Positions 26,946-39,692 of a stretch of DNA of 64,000 bases are shown piece after piece. Positions within the stretch are counted from its first letter, which is position 1, and the number at the start of each line of letters is the position of its first letter. The notes under the pieces were generated by a model that was not told where the DNA came from, made no database searches, and worked only from the letters and a program-made list of their open reading frames with translations. The DNA comes from Octopus sinensis (lineage: Eukaryota): positions 43,834,001 through 43,898,000 of the forward strand of contig NC_043009.1 in the NCBI RefSeq assembly GCF_006345805.1, read 5' to 3'. The position numbers were made by a program, and so were the translations under genes.

Positions 26946-27344
26946 AGTATATTGATATAGTCGGAATATTTGATATTTATGAACCCCTTGGGAGTGAAAA
27001 CCATTTGTCAATATTGATCACTTTGTGAACAACCAGGGATCAATATTGTTGAATTTGTCAACTCCCGCTTTAAATTATGACCAAACGACTCTATACATAG
27101 CAAACTATAACCCCCGCCTAACACATATATTGTACTCCTTCTCCAGCACACTTCAGGGAGTGAAAGAGGACCTTCACTAGGCCCCCACACAACCAAATTT
27201 CCTAATGCACATAAGCGAAATAGAAGATTTGTAAATTAAACGTATCTTTGTTTAAGTATACTAATGAAAGTTTAGAGTCTCACAGCAGAACACGAAACAA
27301 CAAAAAAAGATACAAATATATATACATATATATATACATTCATA

Positions 27345-27435
<91 letters not shown>

Positions 27436-28475
27436 ATACATACACATATAATACATACTTACATACAAACATATGTATGTATGTATGTATGTATATATAT
27501 ATGTATGTATGTATACACATCCTTTGCATTCTCATATGGGAGTCATTAAGACAATACCATTTATATTCTCGACATAAAGAAACCGTTAATCATTAATTTT
27601 TATTGTTCTATTTTTTTTTCCAGATAAGAATTTTTCCATTTGCACAATATATTAGAATTGAAAACCTATTCTTATTCTTTCGTAATAAAAGAAAAGAAAA
27701 AAAAACTCTTTACACAAACTCATAAACACATGCGCGCACACACACACACATACATACTCACTCACACATGCATACGCATACACACATATGAGCTTCCACC
27801 ATCCAAAAAAGTTAGTCCATGAAGAAGAAAAAAAAACGTATAACCAAAGAAAAAAAACAGTGAAAAATCCACCTTCGCACATAGTAAGATTATAACAACG
27901 ACAATAACACCAGCAACAACAACAACAGCAGCAGCCGCAGCAGCAACAACAGCAACAACAACAACAACAAGCAGCCAAAGAAAGATAGAAAAATCCACAG
28001 AAAGCTTCCAAATCGTCAGGATAAATGAATAAATAAAGAATTGCGTGGTAACAATGGAAAAGGAACCGTTTCCACTTAGATTCACTTCCTGTTTTCAGAA
28101 AAAATCTTGACAATGAACAACAGTGCATTATTTAGTTATTTACACACACACACACACACACCACACACACACCACACACAAATACACACACATATATATA
28201 TACACATATGTGTGTGTGCGCGCTTGTGGTATATATATATATATATATACACACATACAGACACGTGTTGTCATTTCGTATATAATTTTATTTTGTGTTG
28301 CGTTCCTATTTTCTATTGTTTTATATATTTATTTTTATCTTGAATTATATTTCATCAGTTAAGGTTTTTTCGGAAGTTAGATAGATAGATAGAGAGAGAG
28401 TGGAGAGAGGAAAAGAAAAAGAATACAGATATGTAAAAGTATGTGGATACCTCTATGTATGTATGTATGGTATGC

Positions 28476-28545
<70 letters not shown>

Positions 28546-28748
28546 ATATATATATATATATATATAATAATATCAATACCAGGCAGACCTAGTATCTCAA
28601 GTCATTTAGAATCATTTTAATTTGAAGTCTTACAGCCGTTTCTGGATAACCCAAGCAGTAGGTTAGCATGTCCACGCACTGGGTATGAATATTTTAGACG
28701 GGGAAAATTTACAGTTTACAAGGAGTAAATTTCAGAGTTTATAAGGAA

Positions 28749-28932
28749 TAAAATAGAAGAATAAAGAGTAAAAGTAATTAGAAGAATATAGGCAGGAGAA
28801 TAATGTTCACAAAACATCTTTTTCCAGAGGGTATGGATGTTAGTCGGTACTTTCATGGAAAAAACGAGTTGTCAACATTATTCTCCTGCCTATATTCTTC
28901 TAATTACTTTTACTCTTTATTCTTCTATTTTA
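28749..28932. repeat. Perfect 59-bp inverted repeat with 66-nt spacer
   Basis: 28749-28807 is the exact reverse complement of 28874-28932 (checked by eye). Confidence 0.9.
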
Positions 28933-29216
28933 CTATTTCATTCTTCTATTTTATTCCTTGAGATGCTCCTTTTGCCTCGGGTTTCATTTTTCCTCTAATA
29001 TAATTTATACATGCTATAACGGAACCCTAACACGGATCCCTAAATCCAGCCTTAGCTGTGATCTTGGAACCTAATGGTCGACCAACTATAGCACTTACCC
29101 AGCGTGACTATTCGGTTAGAACACAAGTGAACTAAACCCCTCATTCTATATTCATACATACATACATACATACATACATACATACATACATACATACACA
29201 CATACATACATACATA

Positions 29217-29247
<31 letters not shown>

Positions 29248-29294
29248 AAATGTTTGCACCCATGTGTGCATGCATACAAACATGCATACATTGG

Positions 29295-29348
<54 letters not shown>

Positions 29349-29369
29349 CATCCATCCATCCATCCATCC

Positions 29370-29407
<38 letters not shown>

Positions 29408-29620
29408 AATTAAATAAAAAGCCAAAAACACAAGAAGAAGAAAAAGCAACAACGCGGGGACGTGGTACATGCAAAGTATTAACAGTATATACGAGGAAAG
29501 ACAAGACTAAGAAATAAACGATTATCTTGTTGACTTCATTAGCTTACAACTTTTTCGACTGCGTTGGACTGTCAGTTGAGTGCCTGAGTGACACCTTACA
29601 GTTTCTTCACTTCAGATTTG

Positions 29621-29694
29621 AGGCTCTGAGGAAACTGTAGGGTGTTGCTCAACTATGAGTCAACCACCTCTTATAGTGGAAACAGCTGTAAGCT
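29621..29694 (+). ncRNA. Type-I hammerhead motif with extended stem II
   Basis: GGCT-CTGAGGA-A-[ACTGTAG..TTATAGT long stem]-G-GAAAC-AGCT-GTA-AGCT. Stem I is 4 bp. Confidence 0.6.
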
Positions 29695-30136
29695 AATGTT
29701 CATGAGATAATCGTTTATTCTTTTGTCTTCTCTTTCCTCATTACCGCTCTGTACTCGACTGACGGTTCGTTCTGAAGCATTCGTACATTGAATTGTACTC
29801 CAGGTTATTAGTATCGTAATGCCTAAGCAGTATATATATAATATATTAATAAATAAAACATATGCATATATATATATACATATATGTACGTACCTACCTC
29901 TACATGTATATATACACGCATATATGAGTACAGGACACCAAAAAAACGTCGAACACAATGAGAAACGAAAACAGACACAAACCCAAGGAACTGGACATTT
30001 TTCTTAAACAACAAAAAAATAGAGTACAGGACAAATAACACAAGGAAAAAAACCCCTTCTTCAGTCGCCATGGTTTCATCTACTCTACGTTTCGAAGGTA
30101 TTATATGTATGTATATGTATATGTACGTGTGTATGT

Positions 30137-30171
<35 letters not shown>

Positions 30172-30204
30172 TATATATATATATATATTATAATATATAT
30201 ATAT

Positions 30205-30395
30205 AGTAAATCCCAAGAAGAACAAACAGCAACGCGAGGACGTGGTACATGTAGTATATTAGCAGACGCTCAGGAAGGGAAAGAATGATGGTTTAACGTT
30301 TCGAGCAGAGCTCTTCCTCAGAAATAGAGGAAAATCGAAAAGGGAAGACGGAGGTAGAAAATCGCCAACGATTCACATGTGGTTACATTTTGAAA
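30205..30395 (-). mobile_element. Hammerhead-bearing repeat, family H1, with intact core at 30291-30325
   Basis: Minus strand reads TTT-CTGAGGA-A-GAGC-TCT-GCTC-GAAACGTT-AAAC. Confidence 0.8.
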
Positions 30396-31080
30396 TAACC
30401 GGAAGGGAATGGGCGAAGAAAACGTTCTTTCTAAGGCAGGAGAGTGTAAGAGAAGGAAGAGTGTGGGTCTGTGTGTACGGGTATGTGCGTACGCGCAGGT
30501 CGGTGTGTGTGTGTGTAAGAATAGCACGTGTGTGCGCGTACGTGTGTGTATGAGTTGTCCGTATGTGTGTGTGAGGTTTTGGCTGTTTATATGTATATGT
30601 GTGAGTGAACTTGTGTCGCTTAATGTCTTAGGAAGAATTTATAGTAGGAGTTGCTGTCTTTTGTGTAGTGCGTCTCTTCACATGTGCGTAGGAGAATGGT
30701 CAGTAGAAAGATATTTTACTGGTAGTTTGAAGTGTGTATGTATATGTTGTATGTGTGTGTGTGTTTTGTGTGTAGTGTCTGCGTGTGTGTATGTGCATGT
30801 ATGTGTGTATGTGTTTGTAAGTGGGGTTGTGTGTGGGGATGTGTCTGTGGAGTAAATATGTGCGTGTGTGTGTGTATGTCCATGTATATATAATTGTGTG
30901 CGTGTATGTATGAGTGTGTTGTGTGTGTATGTGTGTGGTGTATATATGTGTGTTCATTTGTCTGCGCGTGTATGTGTGCGTGTGCATGTATGTGTGTGCA
31001 TGTGAGTGTGTGTGCATGAGCGTCCACTAACACTATACTTGTTCCACGTTCTCGCGTTGTGTTTTCTCTTTGTTCATGTT

Positions 31081-31129
<49 letters not shown>

Positions 31130-31429
31130 GTTATACTTGTGTGTATATATACTTGTGTGTATACAATGTAAAAAACAAGTCTACTAAACATCAGATAAGT
31201 CCCATAATTCCATATTTTGAACATGTCGCATGTTGCCGTTCCTTTGTTCGCAGTCTTGTACAATTTGGTCTCAATTTAAGTTCCAGTTAAATTCCTTCTT
31301 ATTTTTGGTAAACTTATCTTTGGGAGATTCCAAGGGGGGGGGTTTACCTCTTATATTTTTAATCTGATAACATTGTTATCGGGGTTATTACCGTCAAACT
31401 GGAATGGCGACAAGCTAATCAACTATAAA

Positions 31430-32050
31430 CCTCCTCTCCTCCCCCTCCTCCTCCTCCTCCTCCTCCCACATAATTTGCATGGTCTGGTGTACATGTCAGA
31501 AATCACCATAACTACCAACCATATTGCTATCATCATCATCATCGTTGTCACCGTCATCGTCGTCATCTTTGTCCTCGTCGTCGTTGTCATCATTACCATC
31601 ATCATGATTATCAACAGCAGCAGCAGCAGCAGCAGCAGCCGTAGTAGCAGCAACACTGTATCACCAATACTAACATTATCACTGTTATTATTTATCGTTA
31701 TTATAACAATCCCTTCTATTGCCGCCATCACCGCCACCACTATTTCCAACCACCACCACCATCATCATTTCCCCCCATTACTACCAACAGGAGCAGAAGC
31801 AGCCGCTGTTACACTGCCACTACCACTGTCATCATCATCATCATCGTCATCATCATCGTCGTCATCATCATCATCATCATCATCGTCATCGTCATCTTCA
31901 TCATCATCGTCATCATCATCTTCATCATCATCGTCATCATCATCATCATCATCATCGTCATCATCATCATCATCGTCAACATCATCATCGTCATCATCAT
32001 CATCATCATCAACAACGTCGTCATCATCATCATCATCATCATCATCATCC
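31430..32050. repeat. Compound trinucleotide low-complexity tract (CCT, CAT/CGT, CAG, TCA)
   Basis: Direct inspection. It gives spurious poly-S, poly-H and poly-D ORFs. Confidence 0.9.
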
Positions 32051-32176
32051 GGTATTTGAGTACTCTTCTTTTCCACCCTGTTTCACATTTATGTGTTTAC
32101 TCCGGTAGAGTAATATGCTTTATAAAAGCAGCAGCAGCAGCAGAAATATCTGAGTAACAATTTTTCTGTGATATTG

Positions 32177-32490
32177 CTGGTTAGTGGTTAGGGGCATTCG
32201 GCTGATGATCGTAAGGTCGTGGGTTCAATTCCCGACTGCGGGAATTGTGTCCTTGAGCAAGACACTTTATTTCACGTTGCTCCAGTCCACTCAGCTGGCA
32301 AAAATGAGTAGTACCTGTATTTCAAAGGGTCAGCCTTGTCACACTCTGTGTCATGCTGAATCTCTCCGAGAACTACGTTAAGGGTACACGTGTTTGTGGA
32401 GTGCTCAGCCACTTACAAGTTAATTTCACGAGCAAGCTGTTCCGTTGATCATATCAGCTGGGACCCTCGTAATCGCAACCGAGGGAGTGT
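32177..32490 (+). mobile_element. SINE D, full length
   Basis: TAGTGGTTAG..GGTCGTGGGTTCAATTCCC head, core, and tail ending ..AACCGAGGGAGTG before (TA)n. Confidence 0.88.
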
Positions 32491-32661
32491 TTATATATAT
32501 ATATATATATATATATAAAGTTACATATTGATTTGTGTTTGTATATTTGTATGAGTGTGTGTATGATTGGCATGTATGTATATCTGTCTAAGTATCCATT
32601 TACCTATTTTATATGTATCTGCATGTAGAGACATAGATGTATGCAATCTACATACATATAC

Positions 32662-32721
<60 letters not shown>

Positions 32722-32800
32722 ATATATATATATATATTATATATAATGTGTGTGTGTGTGTGTGTGTGTGTGTTTGTGTGTGTGTGCGTGCGTGCGTGTG

Positions 32801-32832
<32 letters not shown>

Positions 32833-33013
32833 ATGTATGTGTGTGTGTGTGTGAATAAATATATATGAGATACCTGCTGACGATATGGAAGTTTTTCCCA
32901 CATTGCTATGGAGTTAGACGAGCTTGCAAAACTCCTGAGTGCTCCTACAATTGCTGCGCGAGGCGAAGCATCTCTAATGTTTATTTCACATGTGTTTGTG
33001 TATACACACAGAG

Positions 33014-33058
<45 letters not shown>

Positions 33059-33069
33059 AACATATATAT

Positions 33070-33520
33070 GTAAATGTATGCCATAATATACATCTGGAAG
33101 ATCCTGGAAGGACTTGTCCCAAACTTTGGCATCGAGAGTTACTCAAATACTAGAACTGGGCGCCACTGCATAGTGCCAAGGACTCCAAATTTGCCATCAA
33201 GATGTAGGACAAGATACTGTGATAGCTTGGGCTTCATAGGTCCACAGCTCTTCAATATCCTCCCGAAGGACCTGAGAGACCTGCATGGGGTGGATGCAGA
33301 TGTCTTTAAAATAAAACTGGATCTCTTCTTGTCAGGTGTCCCAGATGAACCAACTTCACGGCAGGAGGTGCAGATGAGGGCAGCTGCATCGAACTCTCTC
33401 ATGCACCAAATGTCAATTGCTAAAAAGCATTCGTGAAGTAAAATAATGTGGCAACACCGAATGGCGGTGCCCCAGCATGGCCACAGCTCGTGAGCTGAAA
33501 CTAGATAAAATAAAAAATGA
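33070..33520 (+). mobile_element. CR1-like LINE 3' end (5'-truncated) with 3' UTR
   Basis: YAIIYIWKILEGLVPN..GR.C.VP..GPQLFNILP..LR..FK.KLD.FL..VPDEP..SNSL is the CR1-group C-terminal region; A-rich tail. Confidence 0.8.
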
Positions 33521-33991
33521 AAAAAATATAAATACGCATAAAAATGTGTAAATGTATACACACACACACACACACACACACATATATGTATATATGTATC
33601 TATATTTATAGATAGATATACATATGCATACACACACACAGACCCATACACACGCATACACACACACACACACACACACACATATAAATGTGTGTGTGTT
33701 TGCGCGTGCGTGCATGCGTGTGTGTGCTCGCATGTGAGCGTCTAAAATATATAATATAACCATTACAAATATGAACGTTTGCTTGTTCGACAGACGATCA
33801 TTTTATTACAAGGGTTTCCCTCTCATTTCCATCCTTCATTCCTTCCTTCCTTGTTCACTCTCTTTGTTGACAACTGACGTTTGTTTATTTGGTCACCATA
33901 TTTGTCTCAACGTCGAAAATGTTTTACTTGGTCTAATCGAGGGTGAAGACAGCTATGGTCATAGTCTCACCCACAACTTTCCCCCTTTTTT

Positions 33992-34046
<55 letters not shown>

Positions 34047-34057
34047 GCTTTTCACAG

Positions 34058-34116
<59 letters not shown>

Positions 34117-35630
34117 ACTCTCGCCCGGCAATGGGCCGAGCGGAAACTGTCCCTAAAAGGTCGGGCGGAGGTGGCGAACACGTACATCGCATCCGTCATC
34201 TACTACCGCCTGACCGTCGTGCCTTGTCCCGACCCTACCATCACCAAACTACAACGCATTCTCTTTCGCTTCTTGTGGAAAAGATGCGCCCCGATGGTCA
34301 GGCGATTCATTTGCTGTCAACACCCGTTAAAAGGAGGACTGGGCACGCCGTGGTTGATGATGCGCAGACACGCGCTGAGACTGCGACATCTCAGGCTCTT
34401 TGTAGACGACGGTGAACAGGTGTGGTCGCCGTATGTGGGGCACGCTTTCCCGCAGCTAGTCTCCATGACCAAACTGCAGTCGTGGATCAAAAAGAGGCCG
34501 AGGAAGGGCGAATGGCACCGCGAGTGTCGCGTTGCTCTCAAGCAACTCTGCCGTCCCGGGTCGACCCTGAGTGACTCCATCACAACCCAAGCATTCTATA
34601 GGGGATTAGTGGAGGGGAGGTACGACGACGAACTCGGGGCAAACCTGGACGTCGACGAGGAATACCTGACCCGCCTGTTCGGGACGACTTTCGGGCTAGG
34701 GCCCATGGACAACTTCCAGAGATCCCTGGCCTGGCAGTGCTACCAAGAAGCGCTACCCGTTCGGGATAAGCTCTACAGACACGGCTCGAGAAACACAGGG
34801 CCGACCTGCCCGAGATGCGGTCAGGGCGACGAAATCGTTCTGCACGCACTCGTGCAGTGTCCAACAATTTCCGACCTGTGGGCTTATGTCGAACAACTGC
34901 TGTCACGTGTGGGACGAATCGGTTTATCAGCTGAGTCTATCGTCAATATTGTCACGCCTCCTTCCTTCAAACGGGAAGAAAGAGCTATTTTCATCATCCT
35001 TGTGGCTATGGCGAAAAGGTATCTGGTGGACGCGTCTGAAAGATTGGAGACAAACACTTTCCTCTCTGGTCAATCTCTCATTAACTTCTTCAAGTACCAC
35101 TTGAAAAGGAAAGTGAGAGTAGAGAGGCAAGTTTTGTCTAGCGAATGTTTTAAAATAAGATGGGTGAATGTAACAAGGATGGCACGTATGAATGACGAAG
35201 CCACCTTGAGCATAATCCTATGAACCCAGAAATTGAAAACAGAAGGTTACCCACTTGCAAACAAATGTGGTAACATATAACAATATTGACCGAGGTTACC
35301 GTGGTCTTTTTCGTAGGCTTTTCTTCCCACGGATAAACCTCATCTGCTTCCCCCTTTACACCATACATCATGACACTGTGATACACGATCCCTATTGATC
35401 GTTTTTTTTCTTTTTTCCTCTTTTTTCTTCTTTTTTCCTTTTTCTTTTCTTCTGTTTCTTTTTTTTCTCCTTTTTTTCCCTTTCACGATCCCTTTTGATC
35501 GAAAACCTACGCCATTTTTTTTTGTTTCTCTTGTTTTTTTTGTTTTTTGTGTTTTATTTCATCCCCCAAAAGAAAAGCTCTACCTTGTAATTTGTCCCAT
35601 CTGTGTGCAGCCCTGTGTGGCCAATAAAGA
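34117..35630 (+). mobile_element. Tx1/L1-clade LINE ORF2 C-terminus (open frame to 35223) plus 3' UTR
   Basis: W..RKLSLKGR..VAN..IAS.IYY, F.FLW, GGLG.P, zf-RVT-like AWQCYQEALPVRDKL, and CCHC CPRC..EIVLHALVQC. GC-rich. Flanked by (TCTA)n and (CCTA/TCTA)n. Confidence 0.9.
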
Positions 35631-35730
35631 AACTTATCTACCTACCTACCTACCTACCTACCTACCTACCTACCTACCTATCTACCTACCTACCTACCTA
35701 CCTACCTACCTACCTACCTACCTACCTACC

Positions 35731-35826
<96 letters not shown>

Positions 35827-37713
35827 CTCCATCATGCCAAGGATTTCTGCCGCCCTTTTGCGTTGCAAAAAGGGGAACATCAGGACTGTCTTTGCTTCAT
35901 TTTTAGCAAAATCTACAGTAGGTGCTGCCATCATGCGTTAAATCTGCAAAAAAGAGGAAGATATATTGTATACCATCATGATTTTTTCGACATCTTTTCC
36001 TAAATAGGTGTCCTACTTCCCCTGTAAAGGTAACAGATCTACCCTTTCGCGATAACCTTAAAGCCAGGAACTTTTCTGCACCCATCCCCACCGTGTATGT
36101 GTATATCTGTGCATGTGTGTGTGTGCGATGGCCTTCCACAGAGTTATCAAATTAAATTAACTTACAAGGCTATAGTAGAAGAAACTCGCCCAAGGTACCG
36201 CGCAGTGGGATTGAACACGAAACTATGTGATTACAAAGCATGCTTCTTAATAACACATCCATACCTATAGCTATATGTATAATAATGCGTGGGGATCGCT
36301 TATATAATATGATGGAAATATCAGTGAAGTATGCTTTGAAGGGAATTCGGTTGCTGTTTCTAACATTTGAAGTAGACATGTTGGGACTCCGTCGTTCATT
36401 GTTTAACTCATATTTTGACGTTTAGACCCACGTCAACCTTGGACACATAGAGGTGTGATCAAAGTCACACCTACCATGACTAACTCGCCTTTTTTTTTTT
36501 TTCAAGCATTTTATTTTCGGAACTACAGTTTCCTTTTTCATTTATATTTTGAAGATGTTTTAAAGACGAGCAATGCTTGGTTAAAGGACATTTGGCTATT
36601 ATATCCAGCATGTCAGGCAACGATGAAGAGCTCCCCAAAGATAGTCAGTGGTGGTGGTGGTGGTGGTAGCAGTGCATCGTTTATGGCGAAGTGGATATAT
36701 ATCAGATAGCAGAGCTGAGAGGAGTGATATCAGATAGGAGTTTTTTGTTTTGTCACTTAAAACAGTTATAGGTAAGTCAATATATGTTGATTTAAAATGG
36801 TTTCTTGTATTCAAACCGAATTCAACCAATTAGTTTGATCTCACTGATAGTCCATGATTTCCAATTCCGTCTGTCTCCAAGAAGTACAAGAAAGAGGGAT
36901 CAGTTATTCTAGTCTACATTATTGTATTTTATTCCTACATTATATATTTGTATATTTTTTTACAGTCTACTCCATTTAAAATCTTCCAATTTGCCTTTTC
37001 ACACCAAGCGTTGTGAAGTTCTCTTTAGATTAAACAGATCTGAACTTGTAAATTGTAAAAAGAAAAAAAAAATATTACAAATTGACAGACGAGCGGAAAG
37101 ACTGGCATTTTTACATTATAAATATACATGGTAGCAGACGATAGTTTGACAGAGGGTAAATGGACAGACTGATAGACAGACGACTAGATAGAGTGGTGAT
37201 AATAAATGAAGAAATGAAGAAGAAGCGAAAAAAGTGAGATGCTAAAAGGCGAGCAGGTAAACTTGACAGGCAGAGAGAGAGAGGGGGGAGAGGGAGAGAG
37301 AGAGCGATATATATATAGAGAGAGCGATAGAGAGAGAGAGAGAGAGGGAGAGAGGGAGAGAGAAAGAGAAAGGGATTGACAGACAGATGAGTCCATAAAT
37401 AAATAGATTTTGTGTTGTGTGTGTATTTTGACAGTAAAATACAGCCATAGATGTATGAGTATGAATTGTGCATTTTTAGATAAAATATATGACTATATGT
37501 GTGTGTGTGTGTGTATATGTATATATTTAGAGAGAGAGAGAGATGTATATATACATACTTGTAAATATACACACACACATAGCTACAAAAGCCATCTCCT
37601 TACCTCACACATGCGCATACGCGGACAAGGTCACACCACACAGAAAGATAAATAGATGGATCATGTTTGTTATAATTTCGCCGAGGCTGTTTAAAAGCCG
37701 AAAGAATATGTCA

Positions 37714-37754
<41 letters not shown>

Positions 37755-38364
37755 TCTCCATACATATCTCTATCACATTCACACTCTATCACTCGCTCAC
37801 ACACAGTGTGTCCACTCCTCCATGTCTGCCTATCTCCCTTTCCCTCACTCTGTCTTGTACGTGTCGCTGGCACGATGTCGTAGAGAGAGCGTTAAACAAG
37901 TGTCGAGTCCAAGTGACGAACGAAGCATAAACAAAGTTTGCTTATCAGTTATCAGCGCTGCTTTAGCCTGTTTCAACTTAAAACTTTTACGCCAGTTAAA
38001 CATGGGATAGCCTATAGGTATCAAGTGACGTCTCCTCCGTTCGTTCTTCGATGTTCATAGCCAGAGCACTTGAGCACGCATTACCTGTTGTTGAGAGATT
38101 TCGACATATTAGTTTGTTCACGTGTATGTAAGTATATACATACATACAAACACTTATTCTTACATACATAGGTACATACATACATATATACATGCATACA
38201 TATATGCATACGTACACATACATACATGCATGCATGCATGCACGCATACATCTGTATATATAAATATATATGCATGTTTGTGGTTGAAAAAGAAAATAAC
38301 TCGGATAATTTTTGGATAATAACTTTAATCTTGTAACTGGTAAATATGAACCATATTATAAGCC

Positions 38365-38600
38365 AATGTGGCGGCAAGCTGGCAGAAACGTTAGCACGCC
38401 GGGCGAAATGCTTAGCGGTATTTCGTCTGCCGTTACGTTCTGAGTTCAAATTCCGCCGATGTCGACTTTGCCTTTCATCCTTTCCGGGTCGATTAAATAA
38501 GTACCAGTTACGCACTGGGGTCGATATAATCGACTTAATACGTTTGTCTGTCCTTGTTTGTCCTCTCTGTGTTTAGCCTCTTGTGGGCAGTAAAGAAATA
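38365..38600 (+). mobile_element. SINE C inserted into the Penelope-like element, 13-bp TSD
   Basis: CATATTATAAGCC at 38352-38364 and 38601-38613. Removing the insert restores the PYYKPN frame. Confidence 0.9.
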
Positions 38601-39131
38601 CATATTATAAGCCCAATACAAATCTAAAATATATTAATAATCTGAGTAATCATCCAAAATCAATACAAAACACATTAATTAAAAACATAGAGAAGAGACT
38701 TATTTATCTTTCATATAATGAAAAGAACTTCTACAAAATGCTAACTTCTATAATGATGCACATAAAAAACAGGATTTAAGCACAAAATAAAATATCATAG
38801 ACCTAGTAAATGCATACTTAATGTAGATAGAGAAAACAAAATAATATATTACCCAAATACGATACATAATGGAAAAACTAATGCTACAAATGATAATAAA
38901 ATAAATGAAGTATAGATAGGACAATAAACTTCAAGATTAATGGCCAATGTTCTAAAAATAGGAAAAAACAATAGCATAAGTGTAGAAGTAAATACTAAAA
39001 CTAATTATAAACTCATTAAACTTGATATTAAATATGCTAATAAGAAAAGCAAAAAAAAAAAATCCAGTAAAACGGAAATTATAGTATTGATAAGGATATA
39101 CTTGAAAATTCATAAAAAAATAGACATAATA

Positions 39132-39431
39132 ATATTTATATTTGTCCTCATCTTGTTTATTGTTAACATGTTTCGGGTGATATACTCCCCAGTCTTCTTC
39201 ATGCGTTCCGGGGAAATTTCGAACCTGGGTACTCATTCCTAAGTTATTTTTCGATCATATTATTATCATTATTTTTCAGGTCACTGCCTGGAATCGAACT
39301 CAGAATCTTGGGGTTAGTAGCCCATGCTCTTAACTACTACGCCATATGCCCATGGGCGATTATAGAGTGAATTTTAGGGCTTATAAATCTAATATTTTCC
39401 TATCCTTATTTTTATTATTATATTATTATTA

Positions 39432-39498
<67 letters not shown>

Positions 39499-39548
39499 CA
39501 TTATTATTCAGGTCACTGCCTGGAATCGAACTCGGAAATTGGGGTTAG

Positions 39549-39607
<59 letters not shown>

Positions 39608-39692
39608 TCGAAAAATACCTTAGGAATGAGGACAAATATCCGTCAAATGTAAATAATGTACACAATTCCTCATCTCTCAAATATAGAATTGT
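39132..39692. mobile_element. Inverted composite of the tRNA-like/hammerhead element, 13-bp TSD
   Basis: AATAGACATAATA at 39119-39131 and 39693-39705. Contains a minus copy with tRNA-like part and degenerate hammerhead, and a plus copy of the same terminus. Confidence 0.75.

Noticed and set aside
27008-27196. 62-aa ORF with GGGYSLLCIE, faintly like a LINE GGRGL motif
   Set aside because: Similarity too weak to call.
30046-30096. GAAACGTA upstream of CTGAAGA on the minus strand (type-II hammerhead order)
   Set aside because: Stem I cannot form; not supported from this copy.
38072-38110. Minus-strand ATG TCG AAA..AAC AG|GTAATG, a possible first exon
   Set aside because: Only 23 coding nt, directly abutting a microsatellite, with no supporting context.
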